Positions 11,601 to 23,145 of a stretch of DNA of 64,000 nucleotides are shown here, one piece after another; positions within the stretch are counted from its first letter, which is position 1, and each line of letters begins with the position of its first letter. The notes under the pieces are model-generated. The model was not told where the DNA came from. It searched no databases and was given only the letters and a program-made list of their open reading frames with translations. Source of the stretch: Opitutia bacterium (lineage in GTDB: Bacteria; Verrucomicrobiota; Verrucomicrobiia; Opitutales; T3Sed10-336); contig PXBO01000048.1 in the NCBI GenBank assembly GCA_003566885.1, forward strand, positions 17,622 to 81,621, written 5' to 3'. Made by a program: the position numbers and the translations under genes.

Positions 11601-11964
11601 GGTCACCGCCCACAGCCCGCTCTCCTATTACCGGGGTCTCGCTCTGCGCGAGCTCGGCCGGGAAGAGGAAGCGCGCTCGGTGTTCGGCGACATGCTCAAA
11701 TTCGCGACCGCCCGGCTCTCCGAAACGCCGACCATCCCCTACTTCGCCACCTCGTTGCCGAACCTGCTGGTATTCGACGAATCCCTCCCGAAGCGGAGGG
11801 AAGCGGAAAACCATTTGCTCATCGCCCTCGCCTGGCACGGCCTCGGAAACCCCGAGAAAAGCCGGACTCACCTCGACAAAACCCTGGCCTTTACCAACGA
11901 AGACCAACACGCCGCCGACCTGCATGCGGCGCTAAATGAAATCACGGCTCAGGCCGAGCCCTAA
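8641..11964 (+). CDS. DUF5107-like domain protein with long C-terminal TPR region
   Basis: 1107-aa ORF. The N-terminal about 400 aa (PTYPVGIPEKNPLFFEKRVYQGSSGKVYP...) matches my memory of DUF5107 proteins, and the C-terminal half is TPR-like helical repeats. The gaps are 27 nt to the SSS gene and 13 nt to the next GH2-like gene. The family name was not verified by search. Confidence 0.65.
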   Translation: MPGVTANLEHRVIPTYPVGIPEKNPLFFEKRVYQGSSGKVYPIPFIDKVHDQPVDTTYRTVRLENDFVRLVLLPEIGGRIYTGQDKTNGDYDFFYRNDVIKPALVGLAGPWISGGVEFNWPQHHRPGTFLPTDHWIEEEADGARTVWMSEHDAFNRMKGMHGVRLRPDSSLIELRVRLYNRTPLTQTFLWWANVAAAVHDAYQSFFPADVDYVADHAVRAMTSFPQASGHYYGVDYSKRPERNDISWYKNIPVPMSYMVCQTRFDFFGGYDFAKDGGFVHVADRHLAPGKKQWTWGNHEFGWSWDRELTDANGPYVELMAGVYTDNQPDFTYILPYETKTFSQFWWPLQRIGPVQQADKTAALRLAVEEDRTIDIGACASRPLSGVGILLQQGDRTLLSETADLRPGQSWRNRSLSFSGESPCELRLSLLDGSGKTLLAYRPVDRSRLTRDRKTATEPPAPSDIASIDELYFTGEHLEQYRHATRAPERYWREALRRDPRDVRCHTALGRRALREGRFATAGEHFDKAIERLTFRHPNPATGEAHYFSGVAAGFVNDTDKARERLNKATWNYEWRSAAHYQLACIEARHDDYERAAEHLDQSLSTNAGNNKARVLKAVLLRHAGDAEGARDVLSALLAEDPLDHWARWESALTDNQREAFFELTRNDAQTILDLAFDYADAGFFADAAALLEAHHAAPVTPVAVPNPSERTPMTRYALAWLRNDPALLPEKPASDRFFPSRLHEQLVLEWALSTGRPDPVAAYGYGNFLYDLKRREEAIAAWERSAREGADWGAVHRNLGIAHWNCRGDGDGARNAYEKAIRLDPSDARLVAEFDQLRAKLNEPLAGRLAFLEEHKDLVLERDDCTVALTRLYNLTGRPQDALDLLVSRRFHPWEGGEGAVLAQYTNAHLLLGRQALEQCAPEAAYGHFIQAMDTPRSLGEAYHLLQAKANVNYWIGRSLQAKGQAAKAVEYFEMAASEEGDFAEMAVTAHSPLSYYRGLALRELGREEEARSVFGDMLKFATARLSETPTIPYFATSLPNLLVFDESLPKRREAENHLLIALAWHGLGNPEKSRTHLDKTLAFTNEDQHAADLHAALNEITAQAEP

Positions 11965-11977
11965 TGATCATACCGCC

Positions 11978-14900
11978 ATGCGTAGAATCCTGACCATCAC
12001 CTGCCTGTTACTTACGCCCGCCATGCTGAGCGCCTCCACGCTGAACCTGTCGGGCAAATGGGACTTCGCTTTGGATCCGGATGACCGCTGGATGGAAGCC
12101 GGCCCGGGGACGTGGCGCTTTGACGACACGATCGCGCTCCCCGGGACGACCGCCGAAGCCGGCAAAGGAAATCCGCTCGACATCGAGCTGAATCTCGAAC
12201 GCCCGGCGATGCAGCACCTGCATCAAAAATTCTCATACATCGGGCCGGCCTGGTACCGGCGGACCGTGGATATTCCCTCGGAATGGGACGGCAAATCGGT
12301 CGAGTTGCTTCTGGAGCGCGTTATCTGGGAGACCAGGGTCTGGGTCAACGGCGAGCGGGTGGGAAACGCCGAAGACAGCCTTTCGGTCCCGCACCGCTAC
12401 GAACTCGGGGACCTGCTTCGTCCCGGAGAAAGCAATACGCTCACCGTGCGGGTCGACAATCGTGAGAAACTGCCGATCGGCATCGGTCACGCCTACACCG
12501 AAGAAACCCAGTCGATCTGGAACGGTTTGGTCGGGAGGCTCGAACTGAACGCCCGTCCGGCGGTCCACATTTCCCATCTTCGCATCCGCCCCGCGGCGGA
12601 CCTCTCCACCGTCGAAGCAACCGTCGAAGTCCGCAACACAACCGGCCGCCGCCAACGGGTTGCGCTGGGCATCAAGATCGACGGCGATTACGGGGAAGCG
12701 CGTTCGCGCCGGGTACCCGTCGCTTCCGGGACTTCGACGGTGACCTTCACCGTTCCCATGAACGAAGACGCCCCGCGCTGGTCGGAATTCAATCCCGTCC
12801 CGCTCGAGATGACCGCCACCCTCGCCGGAGAGGCGGGAGAATCGTCCGTGACCGAATCGTTTGGCCTCCGATCGTTCGAGGCGGACGGTCGCCATCTCCT
12901 GGTAAATGGCAGGCGTGCCTTTCTCCGCGGCAACCTCGAGTGCCTGATCTTCCCCAAAACCGGCTACCCGGACATGACGGGAGAGGAATGGACGCGCATC
13001 TTCGAAACCGCGCGCGACTTCGGTCTCAATCACGTCCGTTTCCATTCCTGGGCGCCGCCCAAGGCAGCCTTTGAAGTGGCCGATCGACTCGGCATTTATC
13101 TTCAGGTGGAACTCCCCAACTGGTCCTTCGAAATGGGCCGGCGGCCTCTTGTCGATGACTATTTCAGAGCCGAAGGCGAACGCATTTTCCGGGAATACGG
13201 CAATCATCCTTCGTTCGTCATGTTCTCGCTCGGCAACGAGATCGAAGGGGAGCTGGATGCGATGGATGAAATGGTGGCCCATTTCCGCTCAATCGAACCG
13301 GACCTGCTCTTTACCTCGACGTCCTTTACGTTCTCTCCACGCGGTTACACGCCCGGTCCGGAAGACGATTTCTTCGTCACCCAGCAAACCACCGCCGGCT
13401 GGGTCCGCGGCCAGGGATTCCTGAATCAAACCGTGCCCAACACGGCGAGCGATTACAGCGAAGGGCTCTCCGCGGTCTCGATTCCTCTGATCACCCATGA
13501 AGTCGGACAGTACAACAACTACCCGGATCTCACCGAAATCGATTTGTATGAAAAATACGACAGCCCCTTCCGGCCCACGGCGTGGGAGGCCATTCGCGAG
13601 GACCTGAAAGCCAAAGGACGCCTGCACGAAGCGCCGATCTACACGCGTGACTCCGGCAAGCTGGCGGCGCTCTTGTACAAAGAGGACATCGAACGGGCCC
13701 TGCGCACGCCCGACCTTTCCGGAATACAGCTCCTGCAACTGCAGGATTTCCCGGGGCAGTCCACCGCAACCGTCGGTCTGCTCAATGCTTTCTGGGAAAA
13801 CAAAAACTTCATCGAGGCCGAAGAATTTCGCCGCTTCAACGCCCCGACCGTTCCCCTCGCGCGAATGAAACGCAAAACCTGGCGAAACAGCGAGGACTTT
13901 CAAGCCAATGTGGAAGTGGCTCATTTCGGAGAAGCGCCGCTTGGCGAGGTCACCGCGACGTGGGCGCTGACGGACGGCGAGCGGCCGATTGCTGACGGTT
14001 CCTTTCAGGTCGATTCCATTCCCCTCGGGAATGCCATCGACCTCGGACAAATCCGTCAATCGCTGTCAGCCGTCGAATCGGCTCGCCGCCTCACCCTGAC
14101 CGTCGCCATTCCCGCCGCCGGCGCCGAAAATTCATGGTCGATCTGGGTTTATCCCGCCGAAGGTCCCGCCGCCGGTTCCGAGCAAGAATTCCTGACCACC
14201 CATGCAGTGAATACCGAGACCCTCCAGGCCCTGGAAGAAGGAAAGACCGTTTTGCTGCTGCCTCCGGCAGGCGCCATCGAGAAGCCGATTTCCGGACGCT
14301 TTATTCCGGTCTTCTGGAGCCCGCTTCATTTCCCCAATCAACCCGGCACACTCGGGGCCACCATTGACCCGGACCATCCGGTCTTCGCCGACTTCCCGAC
14401 TTCGACTCACACCGACTGGCATTGGTGGGAACTGCTTGCGGAATCGACCGCGGTCGATCTGAGCGACTTCGCCGGCGAGCTGGCCATGCCGTTCCGCTTC
14501 ATCGACAAATACAATCGAAACGCCGTCCCGGCCGGGATCTTCGAAGCGCGGGTTGGCCCGGGCAAGCTCCTGGTTTGCACTCTGGACATCGAAAGCGACC
14601 TTGACGACCGGATCGCCGCCAGGCAGTTGCGGCACAGCATCTTCGCTTATCTCGACTCAGCGGAGTTCGCGCCGGCCGGCCAACTCTCTCCGGAGCACCT
14701 GCAGGAACTGTTCGGAGAGGTGTCTATGGTGGCCCGGGCGTCGAGCTCGCATCCGTCCAGACCCGCTCATTACGCCATCGATGGAAATCCCGAAACGTTC
14801 TGGCACAGCGACTGGAGCGCCGGAGACCCGTTGCCGTTCACTTTCGAGATCGACCTCCTGAACGAAAAAAAGATCCACGGCTTCCATTACCTGCCTCGCC

Positions 14901-15172
14901 AGGACATGGCCAACGGGCGCATCCGCGACTACGCGATCGAGGTGAGCCGGGATGGCCGAACCTGGACTCCCTGGCATCAACCCGGCAGCTTCGAGCCCGG
15001 GACCCGTGAGCGGACCGTGACATTCGAAGAGCCGGCAACCGCCCGCTACCTGCGTCTCGTGATCAAAGACGGCCACAACGGCCACGCCGCCATCGCGCGC
15101 CTGGAACCGATCACCGCCGCGGTTGAATCGGACGTCCGCGATCTGGGCATCATCCCGGGGTTCAACCGGTGA
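11978..15172 (+). CDS. GH2-like glycoside hydrolase with C-terminal F5/8 type C domain (paralog of 2436-5669)
   Basis: The tracked ORF starts at 11936, but the ATG at 11978 gives a signal peptide (MRRILTITCLLLTPAMLSAS) and avoids overlap with the upstream stop at 11964. Motifs LNHVRFHSWAPPKAAF, LGNEIEG, THEVGQY and the discoidin-like YAIDGNPETFWHSDW are present. Confidence 0.85.
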   Translation: MRRILTITCLLLTPAMLSASTLNLSGKWDFALDPDDRWMEAGPGTWRFDDTIALPGTTAEAGKGNPLDIELNLERPAMQHLHQKFSYIGPAWYRRTVDIPSEWDGKSVELLLERVIWETRVWVNGERVGNAEDSLSVPHRYELGDLLRPGESNTLTVRVDNREKLPIGIGHAYTEETQSIWNGLVGRLELNARPAVHISHLRIRPAADLSTVEATVEVRNTTGRRQRVALGIKIDGDYGEARSRRVPVASGTSTVTFTVPMNEDAPRWSEFNPVPLEMTATLAGEAGESSVTESFGLRSFEADGRHLLVNGRRAFLRGNLECLIFPKTGYPDMTGEEWTRIFETARDFGLNHVRFHSWAPPKAAFEVADRLGIYLQVELPNWSFEMGRRPLVDDYFRAEGERIFREYGNHPSFVMFSLGNEIEGELDAMDEMVAHFRSIEPDLLFTSTSFTFSPRGYTPGPEDDFFVTQQTTAGWVRGQGFLNQTVPNTASDYSEGLSAVSIPLITHEVGQYNNYPDLTEIDLYEKYDSPFRPTAWEAIREDLKAKGRLHEAPIYTRDSGKLAALLYKEDIERALRTPDLSGIQLLQLQDFPGQSTATVGLLNAFWENKNFIEAEEFRRFNAPTVPLARMKRKTWRNSEDFQANVEVAHFGEAPLGEVTATWALTDGERPIADGSFQVDSIPLGNAIDLGQIRQSLSAVESARRLTLTVAIPAAGAENSWSIWVYPAEGPAAGSEQEFLTTHAVNTETLQALEEGKTVLLLPPAGAIEKPISGRFIPVFWSPLHFPNQPGTLGATIDPDHPVFADFPTSTHTDWHWWELLAESTAVDLSDFAGELAMPFRFIDKYNRNAVPAGIFEARVGPGKLLVCTLDIESDLDDRIAARQLRHSIFAYLDSAEFAPAGQLSPEHLQELFGEVSMVARASSSHPSRPAHYAIDGNPETFWHSDWSAGDPLPFTFEIDLLNEKKIHGFHYLPRQDMANGRIRDYAIEVSRDGRTWTPWHQPGSFEPGTRERTVTFEEPATARYLRLVIKDGHNGHAAIARLEPITAAVESDVRDLGIIPGFNR

Positions 15173-15741
15173 GGTCGCACGCGGGAAAGTATCGATGCCA
15201 GGTTCACACCACAACCTTTGTGAACACAACTCCTCCGCGACGACGGAGTGCGACCACAGCGACCATGGTTTTCTCCATAGGCGCAGCATTCCGCCTCTCC
15301 GCCTCGTTCCTCCATCCTGACACAGCCGCGAACCCCGAAAACTCGTCGGCGGCCAGTATTACGTCGTCGCGGCAAGCTACACCAGCGGCGAAACGGACGA
15401 TTCCCTCTTCGATCCCTATGAAGGCCCTGAGAGTTCCGCCAGCCTCCTGGCGGGAGACGATATCTTCTACAATGCCTTCATGACAGGGCGATGGGGCCTC
15501 GGCGCCGGCAATAGGCCTTTGATGAAAGCGGCTACCTTGGGGCCAATTTTCAATTCACGGTCGCCCCCGAAATGAAAGCCGTCCACACACGGCAGGATTT
15601 TGCCGTGACATCTGAATTACCCGCAATTTGAGAAATTCCGACACCGGGAATCCTTTACACTAATTTGGACACCGGTCATGCGCACGGAGTGACCAGAAAA
15701 AGGCAATCATTGAATGGCCCTATCCAGGCACATCCGGCAGA

Positions 15742-16986
15742 ATGGTGCATTGGGATCAACTCCCGATTCGCACCATGGACACTTCACGGCAAGCAATTCC
15801 TTTTAACGTCATGACCAAGCCGATCGGGCCGCTCTGCAATTTGAATTGCGAGTACTGCTTTTACCTGGAAAAACTCAATCTCTATTCGGACCGCCACTCG
15901 CACCGGATGCCGGACGAGGTACTCGAGCGGTATATTCGCCACTTTATCGAGAGTCAGCCAGCGGGAATGCCGGAGATCCAGTTCACCTGGCAGGGCGGCG
16001 AGCCGACATTGCTCGGGGTCGAATTCTTCGAGAAGGCGGTGGCCTTGCAGCAACGTTACGCCAACGGACGCCGTATCACCAACGCCTTCCAGACCAACGG
16101 GACCCTGCTCGACGATCGCTGGGGCGAATTCCTGCACAAGAACGACTTTCTGGTGGGGATCAGTATCGACGGTCCGCGGCATATCCACGATATCTATCGG
16201 ACCGACAAGGGCGGCGGCGCATCGTTCGACCGGGTAATGCGGGGCATCGAGATTCTCAAAAAGCACAAGGTCGAATTCAACACCCTCACGGTGGTCAATC
16301 GTAAGAATTCACAACATCCGGTCGCCATCTACCGCTTTCTCAAGGAGGTCGGCAGCGGGCACATTCAATTCATTCCCATAGTCGAACGCCTGGACCCCGA
16401 TCCCGGCGCGGAAGCGCTCGCCGGACCGCCGGATCCGGAAGACCAATCGACGTTGGATCGTCACGTGACGCCCTGGAGCGTGCGGCCCATCGATTACGGG
16501 AATTTCCTGGTCTCCATTTTTCGCGAGTGGGTGAAGAAGGACGTCGGCAAGGTGTTCGTGCAGATGTTCGAGGTCACGCTGGGCGCCTGGGCGGGAAAGC
16601 CCCCCGGATTGTGCGTTCTCGCCCCCAAGTGCGGCAACGGACTGGCCATGGAATCGAACGGCGATGTCTATTTATGCGATCACTACGTTTATCCGGAATA
16701 CCGGTTGGGCAACATCATGAACGGGGATTTGCGCGAAATGCTGGGGTCGGAAAAGCAGACGAAATTCGGCGACGACAAATCCGACGCCCTGCCCGAATGC
16801 TGCCGCAATTGCCGCTACCTGTTCGCCTGTTACGGCGGCTGTCCGAAACACCGCTTCCTGCGCGCGTCCAACGGCGAGCCCGGCCTGAATTACCTGTGCG
16901 CCGGCTACCGCAAGTTTTTCCGCGCGTCCGAACCCCACATGAAACGGCTGTTGAACGATCTCAACCTGGAATGCGCACATCGGTAG
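15742..16986 (+). CDS. Anaerobic sulfatase-maturating enzyme (radical SAM with SPASM domain)
   Basis: 414-aa ORF with CNLNCEYCFY (the CxxxCxxC radical-SAM cluster). Cys-rich C-terminal blocks (CDHYVYPEYRLGN, CCRNCRYLFACYGGCPKHR) are typical of anSME. The true start may be an internal Met at 15775. Confidence 0.9.
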   Translation: MVHWDQLPIRTMDTSRQAIPFNVMTKPIGPLCNLNCEYCFYLEKLNLYSDRHSHRMPDEVLERYIRHFIESQPAGMPEIQFTWQGGEPTLLGVEFFEKAVALQQRYANGRRITNAFQTNGTLLDDRWGEFLHKNDFLVGISIDGPRHIHDIYRTDKGGGASFDRVMRGIEILKKHKVEFNTLTVVNRKNSQHPVAIYRFLKEVGSGHIQFIPIVERLDPDPGAEALAGPPDPEDQSTLDRHVTPWSVRPIDYGNFLVSIFREWVKKDVGKVFVQMFEVTLGAWAGKPPGLCVLAPKCGNGLAMESNGDVYLCDHYVYPEYRLGNIMNGDLREMLGSEKQTKFGDDKSDALPECCRNCRYLFACYGGCPKHRFLRASNGEPGLNYLCAGYRKFFRASEPHMKRLLNDLNLECAHR

Positions 16987-17127
16987 CAGGAAAAAGTCAT
17001 TGATATGCGTGGCCCGTCAGTGCCTTGACTCAAATTCCGGCTCATGAGATGATGATTGCGGATAAATCCCGACCGCGCATCTCCCTGTTGTCTTCCCGGC
17101 AACCAACGATCAGTCGCGGAACTCGGC

Positions 17128-19055
<1,928 letters not shown>

Positions 19056-19340
19056 TTAAACTCACTGCGAACGACTCTCGAATTTCAACTCATTCCGACG
19101 TCTAACAATAGACTGCCGTTTCCGCCTTCGGGGCATCCAGATGGCCCAAACCGACATCCGGCCCGGGGGCAGGGCAACGGCTCTGCCCGACGGAACCAAC
19201 GATATGTGAAGAGCCGATATCCGAAGGCCAATCGAACGCCCAACTTTACGAACCATCTTGCGACAAACGCCCGATTGACGAAAGCCTTGTCCGGGGGTTA
19301 TTGCTGTGACCGTGCATTGATCGCACCAACCCACACCATC

Positions 19341-20762
19341 ATGGCATCAAGAAAGATCGTTATCATCGGCGCCGGCAGCCTTTTTTTTGGCCGCCAGGCG
19401 ATCTGGGCGCTCACCAATCGGGAAGGCTTTCGCGGTTTTACCCTGTCGCTCGTCGACACCGACCCGCACCGTCTCGAACAAATGGCAAAGCTGGCGCGCC
19501 TGGCCGCTGACGGTTCCGGCTCAGGCATCGGCATCGAGGCCCATGCGGACTATCGTGACGCACTACCGGGCGCGGACTTCGTCGTCTTGAGTTTCTCCAG
19601 GGACAACGCGCACTATCGGGGAATCGACTGCCGGATCTCCGCCAAATATGGGATTCGCATGTGCAGCGGGGACACCATAGGCCCCGGGGGCGTTTTCCGC
19701 GCCGCCCGCGAACTGCCCGTAATCCTCGATATTTGCCGCGCCGTCGAGCGGATTTGCCCGGAGGCCTGGGTGGTCAACTACGTCAATCCGAGTTCGGTCA
19801 TGGGCATCGGCGTCATGCGCCACAGTAACGTCCGCTCGTTCGCCCTCTGTGATTCCCATCCGATGCCGGCAAAGAAGGAGAGTTATCTCAACCTGATCGG
19901 GGAGCCGGTCGAACGTATCGACGAATTCGATATGAGAATAGCGGGCGTGAACCATTTCACCTGGATGCTGAAAGCCGAATTGGGCGGCGAAAACGTACTT
20001 CACCGGATCCGCGACGCCTTCGCCGCCCTGGCGGCGGGCGAGAAGGATGCCGGTCACTCCAAGGCACGCTTCAACAACTACATCACCGCCCAACTGGCCG
20101 ACGTCTTCGGAGCGATCCCCACCTGCACCGGCCACACCAAGGAATACCTGCCCTACTACCAGGGCCGGGCCGCGCTGCCGGAAGCCACCCCTCCCCTCGC
20201 CATTTTCGACTCCGACGAACGAACCGAAGTCACTGCTGAGATGTGGGAGGATGTGAATGGGTATGTGACCGGCTCAAAGCCGATAAGTGAATTTCACGAC
20301 AAAACCGGCTCCGACGTTGCCACCGAGATCATCCTTTCCATCGTCACCGACGACCGGCGAACCCACTTTATCAACCGTCCCAACGGCGATTGCACAACCG
20401 GAGGCCGGCCCGTAGGGAATCTCCCCGGGGACGCCTTCCTGGAAATGGAGTGCGTGGTGGACGCCGACGGGCCGAAGCCGCTCCCGGTCGGAGATTTTCC
20501 CTTCGGATTACGCGGGCTTCAGATGCAGATCCTCGACGTCCATGAAGTCACGGTCGAAGCGATCGTACATCGGGACAAGGCCCTGCTCACCCGCGCCCTG
20601 GCGATGGACCCGCTGGTCAACTCGATCGCCACCGCCAACGCGGTCGTCGACGACGTTTTTGAAGCGGAAGCCGAAGTCCTCGGCGAGTGGCGCGACAGCC
20701 GAAAGCGCATCCGCGTCGGCGGCGGCAAAGCGGCCGCTCCGAACGCGCCCCAACTGTATTGA
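19341..20762 (+). CDS. GH4-family NAD-dependent glycosidase
   Basis: The ATG at 19341 gives MASRKIVIIGAGSLFFG (Rossmann fold, the GH4 hallmark). NYVNPS and FALCDSHP blocks follow. The tracked ORF's 45-aa N-terminal extension is unlikely to be real. Confidence 0.8.
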   Translation: MASRKIVIIGAGSLFFGRQAIWALTNREGFRGFTLSLVDTDPHRLEQMAKLARLAADGSGSGIGIEAHADYRDALPGADFVVLSFSRDNAHYRGIDCRISAKYGIRMCSGDTIGPGGVFRAARELPVILDICRAVERICPEAWVVNYVNPSSVMGIGVMRHSNVRSFALCDSHPMPAKKESYLNLIGEPVERIDEFDMRIAGVNHFTWMLKAELGGENVLHRIRDAFAALAAGEKDAGHSKARFNNYITAQLADVFGAIPTCTGHTKEYLPYYQGRAALPEATPPLAIFDSDERTEVTAEMWEDVNGYVTGSKPISEFHDKTGSDVATEIILSIVTDDRRTHFINRPNGDCTTGGRPVGNLPGDAFLEMECVVDADGPKPLPVGDFPFGLRGLQMQILDVHEVTVEAIVHRDKALLTRALAMDPLVNSIATANAVVDDVFEAEAEVLGEWRDSRKRIRVGGGKAAAPNAPQLY

Positions 20763-20873
20763 CGACTTCCTCCGGCCGTCAATTTCCAGCCACGCAAACG
20801 TCCGGGAGCAGACTTCGATTAGGGACGTCTTGTGATTTTGAAAAACTGAAAGGAAAAGAAAAGGTAACACAAA

Positions 20874-22064
20874 ATGAGAAAGCTATTCTTCATTCATCTG
20901 ATTGGTGCATTCCTTACGGTCAGTCTGGCCGCAAGCGATGTCGGACAGCGCTTCCCCTCCGAAGCCAAGACTTACGAAGATCCGGTCACCGGCATCCCGG
21001 TACGCGTTCTGACCCATTCTCCGTCGAACGATATTCGAATTTACCAGACCCATCCGCAGTGGACGGCCTGCGGCGAGTGGATCGTCTTCCGCACCGCCGA
21101 CCGCTCCCGTGACGGCCATCCTCAGGCCTTCGCGGTTCACGAAGCCGACGGAACCATCGTGCAGCTTACCGACGGCCCCGGGTTCGCCTACCGTTCCATC
21201 CGCCTTTCCCGCAAGGAAAACGTCATGTATTACCTCCGAAACGCCGAAGGGGGGCAGGACTTGATTCGCGTGGATCTCGATCCCCTCTTTGCGGACAGTG
21301 CGGTCGGCCGGATGCGAGAGGAAGGTTATGAAACCGTGCTGACCCGGATACCCGGAGGCCATGAGATTTTCACCCTGGATGTCACCGAGGAACGCATCTT
21401 CTACCCGAACCGCACCGACGACGAAGACGGAAACCGGATCAATGCCATCCACGAGTTCGATCCGGCCACGAAGACTCATTCCGAGCTGTTCCGCGTTGAT
21501 TTCACCATCGGTCATATCCAGGCCAACCCGCACCGCTCCGGCGAATTCATCTTTTGCCACGAAACCGGCGGCGACGCGCCCCAGCGTATCTGGATCTGGC
21601 GGGATGGCATGGAAGGCGCGGAGCCGCTATTCGTCGAACAGGAATCGGACTGGGTGACCCATGAAGCCTGGGCTGACGAAGATCATGTGATCTTCAACCT
21701 CATGGGGCACACTTCGCGGCTGCGGCTGCGTCCCACCGGGATCGCTCTTATCAACGTGCGCACGGACGAAGTCCGTCTCCTCGGACAGCCCGTGCCAAAC
21801 CCTCCGCTGGAGGACCGGCGCGGCTTCTGGCACTGCAATGCCTCGCCTGACGGACGCTGGGCGGTGGGCGACACCTTCTCCGGTAATATTTATCTCATCG
21901 ACCTCCGCACCAATGCCCAGCACTTGCTCAGCACCGGACACGTCATGCGACCGGATCACGCCCATCCCGCCTTCAGCGCCGACAGCCGCCGCGTTCTCAT
22001 TCAGTCAGGACATTTGTCCGACGGCCAGAACCTGGATCTGATGATCCTGGAGCTTCCCGAATAA
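20874..22064 (+). CDS. Oligogalacturonide lyase-like (PL22-like) beta-propeller protein, secreted
   Basis: 396 aa. Blocks KTYEDPVTGIPVRVLT, IVQLTDGPG, FCHETGG, THEAW and HAHPAFSADSRRVLIQS parallel the enterobacterial Ogl sequence as I remember it. Confidence 0.7.
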   Translation: MRKLFFIHLIGAFLTVSLAASDVGQRFPSEAKTYEDPVTGIPVRVLTHSPSNDIRIYQTHPQWTACGEWIVFRTADRSRDGHPQAFAVHEADGTIVQLTDGPGFAYRSIRLSRKENVMYYLRNAEGGQDLIRVDLDPLFADSAVGRMREEGYETVLTRIPGGHEIFTLDVTEERIFYPNRTDDEDGNRINAIHEFDPATKTHSELFRVDFTIGHIQANPHRSGEFIFCHETGGDAPQRIWIWRDGMEGAEPLFVEQESDWVTHEAWADEDHVIFNLMGHTSRLRLRPTGIALINVRTDEVRLLGQPVPNPPLEDRRGFWHCNASPDGRWAVGDTFSGNIYLIDLRTNAQHLLSTGHVMRPDHAHPAFSADSRRVLIQSGHLSDGQNLDLMILELPE

Positions 22065-22386
22065 CTGGAATACGCCGGCGAAAGCGCGACCGGACCGTCC
22101 TGTGCCGCGGAGGTATTCCGGACCGGGGACGAGTGGCACGCCCGCGCGGGCGACGAATCCCTGTATTCCGGCCCGGAAATGGGACGTGCATCGCACTCTC
22201 CAGTTTCTTCCAACAGGACTCTCAGCGGCAACGATTCGTTTCCTTTTAGTCGGCCGTACAGCAGCCTAATCTTGATCAACCACGACGCCTCCGCAAACGA
22301 AGCGGCGTCGCCGTTATGTTAACAGCGACGCCGATTTCCTACTCCAGCTCGTTCCATGGGCCGCATGGTGAGCTGGATTCCGGTTC

Positions 22387-23079
22387 CTAGTACAGGCCGT
22401 CATTCGGCTCGACGACCTCTTCCTCGTCCTCTTCCTCCTCTTCACCGACAATCCAGACCTCGCTGATGATGTGAACCGTCATCCCGGCCATCTCGAGGTC
22501 CGGCTCCACCAGTCTCGCCTGGTCGGCGACGGGTTCTCCCGCGGCATCGACCGGCTCGATCCCGCGCCGCAGCAATAAGTCACGCGATCCCTGGACGCTG
22601 TGGTCGGCAAGGGTCGGCGCCGCCGTTTCACGAAGTTCGTCGGCCGAGAAATGTCCGGGTGAAATGTGCCCGCGCACGATTTCCTCCAGCTTCCCCGAGT
22701 CCCTGTCGCCGCCTGCCAACGCATTGGCATTCTCCCCGCCAAACGCGGCATCGTTGGGGAGGTAGAACGTATGCGGTTCGTCGGCTGAGATGAGATTCTC
22801 GAGTCCGACGGTCTCCAGAATCGAGGCGATCTCGTTCAAATCGCCGTGGGCCCGAATCTCTCCGAGCAATGCTTCCAGAGAATTCGTTTCACCGCGCTCT
22901 TCGACGGCTTCCGGTTCGTCGACCGGCTGCCGTTCTTCGGTCTCCGCCGGCCAGTCGGTCTCAGGATAGGTGTCGTCGGGAGCGTCCCGGTCCTGATTCT
23001 GCGCCCCTACGGACGTAAAGACCAGAAGACCTGAGCCGACAAGGCCCGCAATGATTCGGTTGATTCGTTCGCTAGTCAT
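22387..23079 (-). CDS. Secreted fasciclin (FAS1)-like domain protein with acidic C-terminal tail
   Basis: The ATG at 23079 gives the signal/anchor MTSERINRIIAGLVGSGLLVFTSVGA. HTFYLPNDAAF...IVRGHISPGHFSADEL...MAGMTVHIISEVWI follows the FAS1 pattern. The tail is EEEEEDEEE. Confidence 0.6.
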   Translation of the reverse strand: MTSERINRIIAGLVGSGLLVFTSVGAQNQDRDAPDDTYPETDWPAETEERQPVDEPEAVEERGETNSLEALLGEIRAHGDLNEIASILETVGLENLISADEPHTFYLPNDAAFGGENANALAGGDRDSGKLEEIVRGHISPGHFSADELRETAAPTLADHSVQGSRDLLLRRGIEPVDAAGEPVADQARLVEPDLEMAGMTVHIISEVWIVGEEEEEDEEEVVEPNDGLY

Positions 23080-23112
23080 GATTGCACTTCCTTTCTGCTT
23101 GATTGGATTTCG

Positions 23113-23145
23113 GTGTTGGCGTCGCAAGAACGCCGGCGCCAACAC
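23113..23145 (-). other. Perfect 9-bp stem hairpin in the leader of the FAS1-like gene
   Basis: GTGTTGGCG (23113-23121) pairs with CGCCAACAC (23137-23145) across a 15-nt loop. It lies 34-66 nt upstream of the ATG at 23079. Confidence 0.3.

Noticed and set aside
9496-11925. 809-aa ORF antisense to the DUF5107/TPR gene
   Set aside because: It is an antisense shadow ORF in high-GC DNA with no recognisable motifs. The sense strand has the coherent TPR/DUF5107 protein and operon context.
15202-15225. GTTCACA/TGTGAAC hairpin 30 nt after the second GH2-like gene, as a possible terminator
   Set aside because: It has only a 7-bp stem, a 10-nt loop and no T-tract, which is too weak to call.
15321-15575. 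Stop-free frame of about 84 codons (…GGQYYVVAASYTSGETDDSLFDPYEGPESS…) in the 570-nt gap between the GH2-like gene and the anSME
   Set aside because: It has no start codon until near its end and no recognisable homology. A stop-free run of this length is expected by chance in GC-rich DNA.
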